Source: an uncultured Rikenellaceae bacterium
GTDB lineage: Bacteria; Bacteroidota; Bacteroidia; Bacteroidales; VadinHA17
Length of the DNA: 64,000 nt
Direction of reading: 5' to 3'
NCBI GenBank assembly: GCA_964639725.1
Contig: CAZXFB010000007.1
Location: forward strand, 58,177-122,176
Shown here one piece after another: positions 8,073-17,177 of the stretch (positions are counted from its first letter, which is position 1; each line of letters starts with the position of its first letter). Made by a program: the position numbers and the translations under genes. Under the pieces are notes generated by a model, which worked only from the letters and a program-made list of their open reading frames with translations, did not search any database and was not told the origin of the DNA.

Positions 8073-9251
8073 CTATTTATATACTAATCCTATAGTAAGC
8101 CTGTTAATATCAATTGAAGAGTTGTTTTTATCAGCACGGTTCCAATAACCAAGGAAAATATTTTGTCCTGAAAAATGTATGGCAGTATAACAGAATGACC
8201 CATTTGGGTCATCCTCAATAACTTTTGTATTGGTCCAGGTATTTCCATCATCCTTTGAGATGGAAATGCATAGGGGTGTCCGTTTCTGGTTAGTGCCATT
8301 TCTATTCCAGGCTAAAATTAAATCACCTGTTGAAGGAATTCTGGATATGGATGCTGGTGAGAGCGGAGATACAATATTGCTCCTCTCAGCAGGAGTCCAT
8401 GTCAAACCTTTGTCTTTAGATATTGATTTATACTGTGCTCCTTTGTTTGTGCGGATAAACATGAAAATATCTTCGTTTTTTAGCTCGACTACTCCAGGTT
8501 CCTGGGTAAGTACGTTTTCATAGTTAGGGACTTCACTACCAGATGTCCAGGTTAATCCCGCATCATCTGAATAATATGTACACAGGGTGAAATATTCAGC
8601 CCATCCATTATACCCTGGTTTATGAACAGCAACGGGAATCAGAATCCGACCATTTTTAAGCTGTATTACCCGGTCATTATTGACGACAAAATAACCAGAT
8701 TTATCTGTGATACATGGAAACGGGTCACTCCATGTAGAAGCTTCATCCTTTGAGATCCTCATCATGGGAATACAATCAGTGGTTGAATTTTTCCTCAGGT
8801 AAAATAAGGCTATCTCACCATTCTTTAACCTCAGTAAGGAGACTGACATTACATTCATTGTACCTTCCTGCTTAACTATTGTAATATCTTCAGGGCTCCA
8901 TGTTCTGCCTCCATCATCCGAATATCTTCCTGCGAGGTATGCACTAGCATTATCGCCACCTGAAGTACCCGTATAATGGCTATATATAAATAGTATTCTG
9001 CCATTATTCAAAGTAATAAAATCACCTTCGCTGTTTCTTGGATTATCAACACCTGGTAAGATTCTGAATAAGGTTCTTTCAGTTACTAAAGTATCTCCGG
9101 CATCATCTTTTCTATATTCGAAATGCGAAACTATTTTCTGATCTGATCTATCTTTTCCCCGGGAGTATCCCAGGAGGCCAGAGAGAAGGAAAATAATAAT
9201 AAATGAATAGAGGAATAACCATTTGCGGGAATATGTTTCAGTTTCTGCCAT
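8073..9251 (-). CDS. Sialidase-like glycosidase, family A (PRNSEGD variant)
   Basis: NPRNSEGDFITLNNGRILFIYSHYTG, SDDGGRTW, GTMNVMSVSLLRLKNGEIALFYL, DCIP, CITDK, SRIPSTGDL, QKRTPL, SKDDGNTW and FCYTAIHF. N-terminal membrane or signal anchor. Confidence 0.8.
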   Translation of the reverse strand: MAETETYSRKWLFLYSFIIIFLLSGLLGYSRGKDRSDQKIVSHFEYRKDDAGDTLVTERTLFRILPGVDNPRNSEGDFITLNNGRILFIYSHYTGTSGGDNASAYLAGRYSDDGGRTWSPEDITIVKQEGTMNVMSVSLLRLKNGEIALFYLRKNSTTDCIPMMRISKDEASTWSDPFPCITDKSGYFVVNNDRVIQLKNGRILIPVAVHKPGYNGWAEYFTLCTYYSDDAGLTWTSGSEVPNYENVLTQEPGVVELKNEDIFMFIRTNKGAQYKSISKDKGLTWTPAERSNIVSPLSPASISRIPSTGDLILAWNRNGTNQKRTPLCISISKDDGNTWTNTKVIEDDPNGSFCYTAIHFSGQNIFLGYWNRADKNNSSIDINRLTIGLVYK

Positions 9252-9381
9252 ATTAATGATCAGTTTGTTAGTAAAAATTATTTATTTGATCATCAATGAA
9301 GATAAGTTGTATTTTACACTCTTGCAAATCTCATAAAGAGAATTCTTTAATCAGGAGAATAAACCGGAAATAGTAGTTCAA

Positions 9382-10995
9382 TTATTTAAAACGCAGAGAG
9401 AAAATATCGGCATCCTTTATCAGAAACCTTATTTTTACTGGTTTCCCCTTCAATGCCGAAAGATCGCTTCCATTCTTCCATGTAACTATTCTCCCGATTG
9501 AATCACCAAATATTGGGGGAGAGTCACATGCGGCATATCCCGGGATTGGTATACCATATTCGTCCATTAATTCTACCTGAATACTTCCGGCTGCAGAAGA
9601 AGAGAAATTAATGACAAGTTTACTACCTGTGAAAGTGAGTGTTCTTGTAATCAATTCACCTCCAGACATTGGTGCATAAACTGAAACAAAGCCATCCACT
9701 CTCATAGTATACCTTCGGAGAGCACTGCTATTACCTGTCCAGTAATTCTCCACTGCATAAATAGAGAGTTCATCAGGAGCCCCCTCAATAGCTGATCTTG
9801 TTTCAACTATTGACCATGCAATATATTGCTGGCCATAGTTCCATGTACCCTCCCGTTCGATTCCAGGGCGGAGAAAAGCCTCGTTCCATCTTTTAAAAGT
9901 CACACCATCACGGCTTGTCATAATCAATCCTTCAGTTAAGGCGGTTCCATAGCGAAGGCTGACACTGGAACGCATTTCACGGTGTTCCGGTTCAGGAAGC
10001 TGGTGCATTGATTCAGACCAGCCTCGATCAATATAACGTGTCGGGAAACCAATTAAGATATGAGGTGCTCTGTAATAGGGTTTTATCTGGTTTGTATAAA
10101 GATGTTCGTCGGGGGAGTCAACATACCTCAGATCAGATTGATTCTCCCAATTAATAAAATCTTTTGAGGTTGCAGTACGTATCGCTCTTATACCTTTATA
10201 AAGGTCTGTTGAACGGCCGGTTTCTTTACCTTCAGTGAAATATCTCCAATATGCCCGGTATACACCATGCTCACTATCCCAGAATGCAAGGTTTTGAGAA
10301 TCGAAAGCACCATCAGAAATTATCGGGTTGTTGCCCATTAGGGACCAATGTATCCCATCGGATGACTTGAATGGCAGCAATCCCCTGGGACCGCCAGAGC
10401 GAATAATGGCTTTATAACGCTCATCTTCGGCTGCATCTGGATTCTCATCCCTGAATACTGCCGGATGTCCAGGATCAGCATTAACATTGCCAATCTTTCC
10501 TGGAGCAATAACAATGTTGTTAGCTTTTGATCCATTGAATTCATGAAGTCCAAGTTCAGGCTTCCTCCAGTGAATCCCATCATTACTCTCGGCGTAACAA
10601 CAGAAGAGAGGATGTGATGTATTATCAAGTTTTCCGGGCATAACAGTTAGTTGCCATGCTTTATAGTACATTCTGTAAAGTTCACCATCTTTAAAAACAC
10701 TATGATAACCACTCCCGCTTCCTTCCCAGGGGGCATCATGAACAATGACTATCTCTTTTGGTTCAGGATGGTGAAGCCGAAGATCAGTTTTGCCGACCAT
10801 GCTTTCAATGAGGAAGTTATCAGTAAAAAGTTCAAGACGTGTACCAAGATTTATTATCGAACTGGCTTTTTCAATCGCTACTAAACTTTCAGGATGAGAG
10901 TCAGAAGGGCTGGCATTCTGTGCAAATACACCGAAGGTACAATATCCTGTCAGGATCGTTGAAATTAGTGTTAAAAAAATAACATTCTTTCTCAT
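9382..10995 (-). CDS. Secreted beta-propeller-like putative glycoside hydrolase, family not identified (family B)
   Basis: Signal peptide ending FAQNA. Paralog of 38342-39769, sharing LFTDxxxIxxxxG...LHHP, PWEG, YRMYY, YAESxDGIxW, FDSQNxxFW, HLYTxQxxPYFRAP, RxDGFxS and a GKPVxxRxxxKDADxxSxRFK tail. The layout suggests a propeller plus a C-terminal beta-sandwich. Confidence 0.55.
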   Translation of the reverse strand: MRKNVIFLTLISTILTGYCTFGVFAQNASPSDSHPESLVAIEKASSIINLGTRLELFTDNFLIESMVGKTDLRLHHPEPKEIVIVHDAPWEGSGSGYHSVFKDGELYRMYYKAWQLTVMPGKLDNTSHPLFCCYAESNDGIHWRKPELGLHEFNGSKANNIVIAPGKIGNVNADPGHPAVFRDENPDAAEDERYKAIIRSGGPRGLLPFKSSDGIHWSLMGNNPIISDGAFDSQNLAFWDSEHGVYRAYWRYFTEGKETGRSTDLYKGIRAIRTATSKDFINWENQSDLRYVDSPDEHLYTNQIKPYYRAPHILIGFPTRYIDRGWSESMHQLPEPEHREMRSSVSLRYGTALTEGLIMTSRDGVTFKRWNEAFLRPGIEREGTWNYGQQYIAWSIVETRSAIEGAPDELSIYAVENYWTGNSSALRRYTMRVDGFVSVYAPMSGGELITRTLTFTGSKLVINFSSSAAGSIQVELMDEYGIPIPGYAACDSPPIFGDSIGRIVTWKNGSDLSALKGKPVKIRFLIKDADIFSLRFK

Positions 10996-11075
10996 TGTTC
11001 AAGTTAAAAAATTATCATTAATAAAATTCAAATAATATGTTCCATAACAAATAATGAAAGTTTTTGTATCAACAA

Positions 11076-12095
11076 TTAAACTTTCAATTCCAGGCATACA
11101 GCTAATAATTCTCTGCCGTTAAGGTTGAAAGTAACATTTTTCCATTTTTTTATAAAGCCACAATTTTCGAACATAGATATTTTTTCTTCATCCATAACCG
11201 CGACTTTCGACCATAATAAATGAGCATTTTTTTTTACGGCCCAGGAGTTAGCGGCATTAATCAAAGACTCCCAGCTTCCTGAGAATTTTGAATCAGTGAA
11301 TCCGTCTATCTGGAATCTATCTGCACCAGTTCGACGAACAGTCGACAATCCTACTATCTGGTTCAAATTGTTCCAGGCTGAAAACCAGGTACCCAATCCA
11401 TTATCAGCCAATGAACTATAACGAGGGAAAAGTCCCATACAAGAGTTTTGTTGTTCAAACTTTGATGAGAAAATATTGGTATTATTATCCATAACCTGCC
11501 AATTGTGAGGAGCAACTATCAATGGTATAATGGGAATACGGTCAGCTGGGGTCCCGTCTTTAATTCGTACAGGAGTAGCTTCTGTTAAGTAGCCGGAAAG
11601 AAATTCTTCAGGTGATTCATCATTAGTGACGTATAACATTACGTTAGTTCCTGGCACCTTTTTCCAACCAAGCCTTTTATAAATTAATGCAGCCACCGGA
11701 TTAGAAGTTCCAAGAAATAGTGCCCTTCCTCCTTCATAACAGAAATCTTTAAGAGCCCGGGAACATAGAGTACTTGCTATACTTTTACCGCGAAATTGAG
11801 GTAGCGTACAAACCTCACCCAGTCCGCCCAGTAGAGAGTTTGCAAGTGATATTGTAAGGTGACAGGTACCCACTATCTGACCATCAATCAAGGCAAAGTA
11901 TATGATATCCCTGTTGTATTCGCATTCTACTCCTGCCAGGATAGAACTAAAATATTGATAATCAGCATCAAACATAAGTGACCATAAATCAATCAGTTGG
12001 ACAATTGTTCTCTCATTCAATGGTACCGCTTCAATTGACAGATTGAATAATTCTTGTCTTCCTGAAGAGTTATTATACATTTCGCTAATAACCAA
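11076..12095 (-). CDS. GNAT-family N-acetyltransferase, no signal peptide
   Basis: Acetyl-CoA motif-A-like block LPQFRGKSIASTLCSRAL followed by YKRLGWKK. No leader is present. A second domain of about 150 aa follows at the C-terminus. Confidence 0.55.
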   Translation of the reverse strand: MVISEMYNNSSGRQELFNLSIEAVPLNERTIVQLIDLWSLMFDADYQYFSSILAGVECEYNRDIIYFALIDGQIVGTCHLTISLANSLLGGLGEVCTLPQFRGKSIASTLCSRALKDFCYEGGRALFLGTSNPVAALIYKRLGWKKVPGTNVMLYVTNDESPEEFLSGYLTEATPVRIKDGTPADRIPIIPLIVAPHNWQVMDNNTNIFSSKFEQQNSCMGLFPRYSSLADNGLGTWFSAWNNLNQIVGLSTVRRTGADRFQIDGFTDSKFSGSWESLINAANSWAVKKNAHLLWSKVAVMDEEKISMFENCGFIKKWKNVTFNLNGRELLAVCLELKV

Positions 12096-12135
12096 TTTTA
12101 TAAAAGCAAATTATTAAAATGAGTAAAAAGAATAG

Positions 12136-13245
12136 TCATATAACCAGTTTAAACCACCTAATATTGGATACCATTTTTTCGTAGCACCAGAATGCAATAA
12201 AGATGGAATTATCAGGGAGAATTGAAATACAGGGAGCACCAAATTTCAGCTCATTAAAATCCTGCACCATATTATCAGATTTATATAATAAACTTTTCTC
12301 CTGGGCACCCCACAAAGGGAAATCTTTTTCGTTGATCCAGATATCCTCATCCAATCGAGCGATAGTTGCCCACAGACCTGGTTTATCCATTCTTCGGTAA
12401 ACACATAGCAGACTTCCATCGGACAATTCAGTTATGGCCATTGTCTCACCATGAATTTCAGCCGAAGTCGGAACCAGCCATGTTTTACCCCCATCACGAC
12501 TTACCGAGTAATGGTTGGTTAAATCTTCACCATTCTTTTCATCATAAGTCCAGGCTACTGCTAACAGAAGTCCATTTTTTAACTCAATAATTTTACTTTC
12601 CCAGTAAATTATCTTATCGTCGCTTCTATTCATCACATTCATGTATTCCGGCCATGTTTTGCCCTGGTCACTGGAAACAAGTGCTACCATTTTCATCCCA
12701 TTAGGGCAATATCCATCCCAACCGCGCCAGGTTGATGTTGGCCATAACCATCGACCATCGCGCAAAGGCAATATTGGGCAACACTGTTCAAATGAAGGTC
12801 CAATGAGAGGAGCAGTAATTAATTCAGGGATATCCCATGTTTTTCCATAATCGTTGGATCGGACCAGAAACAAATCAGTGGGAACCATTCCAATGTTTTC
12901 CGGATTTGCGAGCCCCTCTTCGGGATGCAAATCACGATAACTTAGCACTACATTGGCCACCAGCCTACCATTTGGTAATGCGGTTATACGGGCAAAATCG
13001 GATGACAAATTATTTGTATCCACAGTAAACAGAGGAACAGGATCACTCCAAGTTTCACCCATATCATCTGACCGGGAGATAAAAGTATGCAAATTTACAG
13101 CTTCAAAGGCCTCCCCAATCGCCATTGAGGCAACCATTTCACCATTATCCATAATTGCAACAGACGGAAAATAGGCTTGTCTGCTTAGAACATGAGGTTT
13201 GGGATTTCGGTAAATAAGACCTGTTCCAATGATGAAATTATCCAT
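12136..13245 (-). CDS. Asp-box beta-propeller protein (family D, leaderless and presumably cytoplasmic copy)
   Basis: Starts MDNFIIGTGLIYRNPKPHVLSRQAYFPSV, exactly where the mature part of 6208-7464 begins (GIIYRNPKTHVVSRQAYFPSV). Asp-boxes SDDMGETW, SNDYGKTW, SSDQGKTW and SRDGGKTW. Confidence 0.7.
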   Translation of the reverse strand: MDNFIIGTGLIYRNPKPHVLSRQAYFPSVAIMDNGEMVASMAIGEAFEAVNLHTFISRSDDMGETWSDPVPLFTVDTNNLSSDFARITALPNGRLVANVVLSYRDLHPEEGLANPENIGMVPTDLFLVRSNDYGKTWDIPELITAPLIGPSFEQCCPILPLRDGRWLWPTSTWRGWDGYCPNGMKMVALVSSDQGKTWPEYMNVMNRSDDKIIYWESKIIELKNGLLLAVAWTYDEKNGEDLTNHYSVSRDGGKTWLVPTSAEIHGETMAITELSDGSLLCVYRRMDKPGLWATIARLDEDIWINEKDFPLWGAQEKSLLYKSDNMVQDFNELKFGAPCISILPDNSIFIAFWCYEKMVSNIRWFKLVI

Positions 13246-13288
13246 AATAATATATTAAAAGGTTTCTAAGATAATTTTGATATAAAGT

Positions 13289-14578
13289 CTAAGTTTGTTT
13301 TGATGCTTTCACGAGTAATAGAAGGATTGCGTTGGCCCCAAATATTAATGCCAACATTCGAAATATCATGTTAAAATCTATGTTCGCATCCAATAATATG
13401 CCACTTAGATAAATCCCTATACCACCCATTATACAACCTGCCAGATTAAGAATTCCATAACCTGTAGCTCTGTATCGAGGATCTGAAACCATGCATAATA
13501 CCGGCATCATATTTGGTTCATTAAATGCCAGTGTCAGAAAAATGAAAATAAATCCAAAAATAGCTAAAGGCAATATACTTGTTGTCCCTGACACAAATAT
13601 GGCAGGAGCAGCAGCACATAGTCCAATTACAGGAACGTAGATCCTTGCCCGTAAATTCTTACGACTCCACCGGTCAGCCCAGGCGCCACCAAGTAAAACA
13701 CCTATAAAACCTGCAATACTTGGGTATGCAGTAGCATAAATACTGGCCATTCCCTGGGATAAATTGAATTCTCCTTTAAAATATGTGGGCAACCAACCGA
13801 TAAGAACCCAACCTATTCCCATTACTCCAAAATAAACTAATAACAGAATAAAGGAACTATTGCTGAAGAGGCTCTTCAGGGCATCATGAAAGCGTACCTT
13901 TTCTACTTTTCTTTCTTTTAGTTCATCAGCAGGTTCATATGTACCATGAGGAAGATCCCGTAACAGAGGAACCAGGACTGCTAATGCGTATACAACACCT
14001 ATGATCCCATAAAGCTTGAAGGGAAATGTCCAATCGTTTCTTTCAGACAACCAGCCTCCAGTAAAGCTTAGTGTTTGACCTGCCAATATACCGGCAATAT
14101 GGAGTCCTGTTGCAAATGACCGAGTCGGTCCACGATGATAATCTGCAATAAGTGCAAGAGCAGCAGGGATATAACATGCCTCGCTTAATCCCATTAATAC
14201 CCGTGTAAAAAGTAACTGGTCAAATGTCTTTGCCAAACAGGTACTCCATGTGACTATTGACCATACAAACAGGCTCAGGATGATCACATTGCTTCGTTTA
14301 AACCTGTCTGCGAGGAAACCTGCAAATGGGCTTACAATACCATATACCCACAGGAATACGGAAGTAAGTAGTCCGAACTGTGCATCTGTGAGAGGCATTG
14401 CATCATTTAATGAACCTCTCATATTGGTGATCATTACCCGAACAATATAATTCAGGCAACCAACTACCATAAGTAATATCACAATCAGCCAGGCCCGGGA
14501 AGGAAGTTTTGCATCAGAAGGTGAGGTTATCGAAGGAATAAAAGCCAGATTCCTATTATCGCCCTGGTTTAAACTCAT
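13289..14578 (-). CDS. MFS transporter
   Basis: Hydrophobic throughout, with multiple predicted TM segments. The loop motif GFLADRFKRSNV resembles the MFS signature G-x-L-x-D-R-x-G-R-R. Confidence 0.8.
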   Translation of the reverse strand: MSLNQGDNRNLAFIPSITSPSDAKLPSRAWLIVILLMVVGCLNYIVRVMITNMRGSLNDAMPLTDAQFGLLTSVFLWVYGIVSPFAGFLADRFKRSNVIILSLFVWSIVTWSTCLAKTFDQLLFTRVLMGLSEACYIPAALALIADYHRGPTRSFATGLHIAGILAGQTLSFTGGWLSERNDWTFPFKLYGIIGVVYALAVLVPLLRDLPHGTYEPADELKERKVEKVRFHDALKSLFSNSSFILLLVYFGVMGIGWVLIGWLPTYFKGEFNLSQGMASIYATAYPSIAGFIGVLLGGAWADRWSRKNLRARIYVPVIGLCAAAPAIFVSGTTSILPLAIFGFIFIFLTLAFNEPNMMPVLCMVSDPRYRATGYGILNLAGCIMGGIGIYLSGILLDANIDFNMIFRMLALIFGANAILLLLVKASKQT

Positions 14579-14673
14579 CAGTAAAAAAATAAAATGATTC
14601 TTAATATTTTAACTTCACTCTTCACATCTAAATGAGCTGAGATATAGATTTCTTATTCAGATTTTTAGCCGAA

Positions 14674-15822
14674 TTATTGATAGATCCAATCAATGTCTAT
14701 TCGTCTGATAACTGATCCCATGTTTGCCCAATTTGAATAACCCAATAATAAATATTTATCAGTAAAATGTATTGCTGAATAACAGAAGGTTCCTCCAGGG
14801 TCAACTTCAAGGTTTTTAATTTTCTCCCAGTTAATACCTTCATCTTTTGAAATAGCTATAGTCAGTGGAGTGCGTTTTTGATCAACACCATTATTATTCC
14901 ATACCATCAGAAGATCACCCGTTGAAGGAATTCTTGCAATGGAAGCAGGTGAACAGGGAGATTTTATCTCACTCCTCCCAACAGCACTCCATGAATCCCC
15001 TCCATCCATGGAATAAGAAACATACTGAACCCCTGAAGTAGTCCTCATAAACATAAAAATTCTGCCATCTTTCAATTCAATTAATCCTGGTTCCTGGGTT
15101 ATCACACTGTCAGGATTTGCTGCTTCCTTACCTGCCTTCCATGTTCTGCCGTTGTCATCTGAATAATAGCTCCAGATGCTTCCAATTCTCTCTTTAAAAG
15201 AGTTATGCAGTGCAACAGCCAGGAGAATACGTCCATTTTGCAATTGAATAACCCTGTTATTATTTAACACAAAATAACCAACTTTATCAGTTATACAGGG
15301 TTGCGGATCGCTCCAGGTTTCAGCTTCATCATCCGATATCCGGATTATTGGAATACAGTCGTTTTCTGCATTTATCCTCAAATAGAACAATGCAATCTCA
15401 CCATTCTTCAATCTGAGCAGTGAAACCGACATAACATTCATTTTTCCTTCCTGCTCAATGATCTTAACACTCTCTTTTGTCCAGGATTTACCATTATCAG
15501 TTGAGTATCTTCCTGCAAGATATGCGTTGCCGTTATCATCACCTGAAGACCCGGTATAATGAGTATAAATAAAAAGTATCCTGCCATCTTTAAGAGTAAC
15601 AAAATCTCCTTCACTATTTCGTGGATTATCAGTTCCGGGATCAAGCCGGAGCATAACATTTTTATTATTTGTTCCTGCTTTACTTGTTTCTGGTTGGCTA
15701 TTGCAGCCTGAAATAATAAGAATGAGCATGCTATAGGCAATAGATTTTACAATAGCTGAAAATCCAATCTTATTATAAATTCGTAAAGCCCTTAAGGTCC
15801 AATAGTTTTTAAAATCTTCCAT
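14674..15822 (-). CDS. Sialidase-like glycosidase, family A (lipoprotein)
   Basis: DNPRNSEGDFVTLKDGRILFIYTHYTG, STDNGKSW, MNVMSVSLLRLKNGEIALFYL, CITDK, ARIPSTGDL, QKRTPL, SKDEGINW and FCYSAIHF. Lipobox IISGC. Confidence 0.8.
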   Translation of the reverse strand: MEDFKNYWTLRALRIYNKIGFSAIVKSIAYSMLILIISGCNSQPETSKAGTNNKNVMLRLDPGTDNPRNSEGDFVTLKDGRILFIYTHYTGSSGDDNGNAYLAGRYSTDNGKSWTKESVKIIEQEGKMNVMSVSLLRLKNGEIALFYLRINAENDCIPIIRISDDEAETWSDPQPCITDKVGYFVLNNNRVIQLQNGRILLAVALHNSFKERIGSIWSYYSDDNGRTWKAGKEAANPDSVITQEPGLIELKDGRIFMFMRTTSGVQYVSYSMDGGDSWSAVGRSEIKSPCSPASIARIPSTGDLLMVWNNNGVDQKRTPLTIAISKDEGINWEKIKNLEVDPGGTFCYSAIHFTDKYLLLGYSNWANMGSVIRRIDIDWIYQ

Positions 15823-15843
15823 GTTACGGACAAGGTAAGGAGT

Positions 15844-17103
15844 TTAATACTTAATAAGTTTGTTGGTTTTTGACCAAATGACCCTGGCACTCCATACAGT
15901 TCCATCAGCTCCACGAGGATTTGGTTTATCTCCAACAACGAATTCGGCATCTGTAACCCATGACTCATCCTTTGTGATTGCTGAAGCTCCAAAATTTCCT
16001 AGCATAACACCACGCTCTGGCATAAGTATCTGCTCAGTTGCCCTTATAACTTTTAAGTTTATGGGATCAACCTGCGCAAGAAAAATCGGTGCACGGTTAC
16101 GAGCAATATGATCATTATTGGCACCTCTTCTTGTATATGAGAGAAACAAACCATCGCTATGTACTAACCAATGAGCCTGAGTGTTGTAGCTTCCCAGTTC
16201 CTGTCCGTCATCAAACAGCCATGGTTTGAATGCAGTGTAATTTAATCCGTCTTTGCTTGTTGTCACATAGCCTTTGAAGTCATTCCTCATTGTAAGAAAA
16301 TATGTGCCTTTATAAAGTGCCAGTGAAGGTTCGCCCAAACCACGTCCTCCTTTTACTGTCATCTCATTACCATGCTTTACATATGATAATGTTGTACCAT
16401 CAAAGGAACATTCAAAGACTGCCACTGAAGACTCATCTGACCCCTGTCCGCTAAAATAGAGTGGAAGTAAAATTGTTCCGTCAGGTTTTACAAGCCATTG
16501 CACACAACCCGGATTAACCAGGTAAAATTTAGAATTTAAATCAGGAACCCTGGCAAGCATTTTCCATGTTGACCATGAATTTTTAACAGGATCAAAAACA
16601 GCATACGCAGCGTCATGAGAACGTGGTTTATCTACCAGCTGTTTTCCTTCTTTACTGTACCTCACTTTAATTCCGATAGCTATAAGTTTACCAGTTTTCG
16701 CATGCCATCCCGGAGTAACGTCAGCAACGCTTACTGTTGTGCCATCAGGTTCAAATTGCCATGCCAGTTCTGGTATCTCAACTGGGTCAGACCAAGTCTT
16801 TCCAAGGTCATCAGTCCTCATAAAATACAATCCGGAATAGTAATCACTTACAACAAGATGCTTCTGGATTGTCATAATTACTGCCGGATTTCCACCCTTC
16901 CCAAATCCAGGAATTGCAGCAGCTCTGGGATGAAACCAGCAGAATTTTGGACTAAGTTCCTGATGAGCAACATCAGTCTGGACACGAAATCCAATTTGTT
17001 TTGTTTTTTCTTCAGGTTTTCCGGAAAAACCGCAAAGGATTATAATAGGAACAACCAAAAGCGAGATACCTACTAATAAATTTGTGTGGATGTTGATTTT
17101 CAT
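15844..17103 (-). CDS. Asp-box beta-propeller protein (family C, Sec/lipoprotein-type leader)
   Basis: Leader ending ILCG and the motif TDDLGKTWSDP. The C-terminal half is closely parallel to 37000-38373, for example SYNTQAHW, YTRRGANNDH(I/V)ARNRAP and DE(S/T)WVT. Confidence 0.65.
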   Translation of the reverse strand: MKINIHTNLLVGISLLVVPIIILCGFSGKPEEKTKQIGFRVQTDVAHQELSPKFCWFHPRAAAIPGFGKGGNPAVIMTIQKHLVVSDYYSGLYFMRTDDLGKTWSDPVEIPELAWQFEPDGTTVSVADVTPGWHAKTGKLIAIGIKVRYSKEGKQLVDKPRSHDAAYAVFDPVKNSWSTWKMLARVPDLNSKFYLVNPGCVQWLVKPDGTILLPLYFSGQGSDESSVAVFECSFDGTTLSYVKHGNEMTVKGGRGLGEPSLALYKGTYFLTMRNDFKGYVTTSKDGLNYTAFKPWLFDDGQELGSYNTQAHWLVHSDGLFLSYTRRGANNDHIARNRAPIFLAQVDPINLKVIRATEQILMPERGVMLGNFGASAITKDESWVTDAEFVVGDKPNPRGADGTVWSARVIWSKTNKLIKY

Positions 17104-17177
17104 TTTAATAAGATATGTGAGTGTTTAAAACTTTCGAATAATGAATATCTATAATCATAAGATCATCCTGGTACTTT

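Noticed and set aside
8230-8523. Conserved plus-strand ORFs antisense to the family A genes (8230-8523, 42048-42263, 43275-43460, 45680-45982, and also 3922-4140). They share peptides such as SPVEGIL..DAG..GD and VSPLS.E.
   Set aside because: They are the mirror image of the conserved sense blocks (RIPSTGD, SKDKGE.W). Their conservation is inherited from the sense frame. They have no independent start context or leader, and they lie entirely inside well-supported genes.
16615-17076. A 153-aa plus-strand ORF inside the family C gene. Similar long antisense ORFs occur at 47281-47739 (in SusD) and at 58508-58954, 60045-60482 and 61542-61946 (in the DegT genes).
   Set aside because: All are antisense to strongly supported genes, have odd composition (Cys/Phe/Ser-rich) and carry no motifs. 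In AT-rich genomes such ORFs arise by chance.
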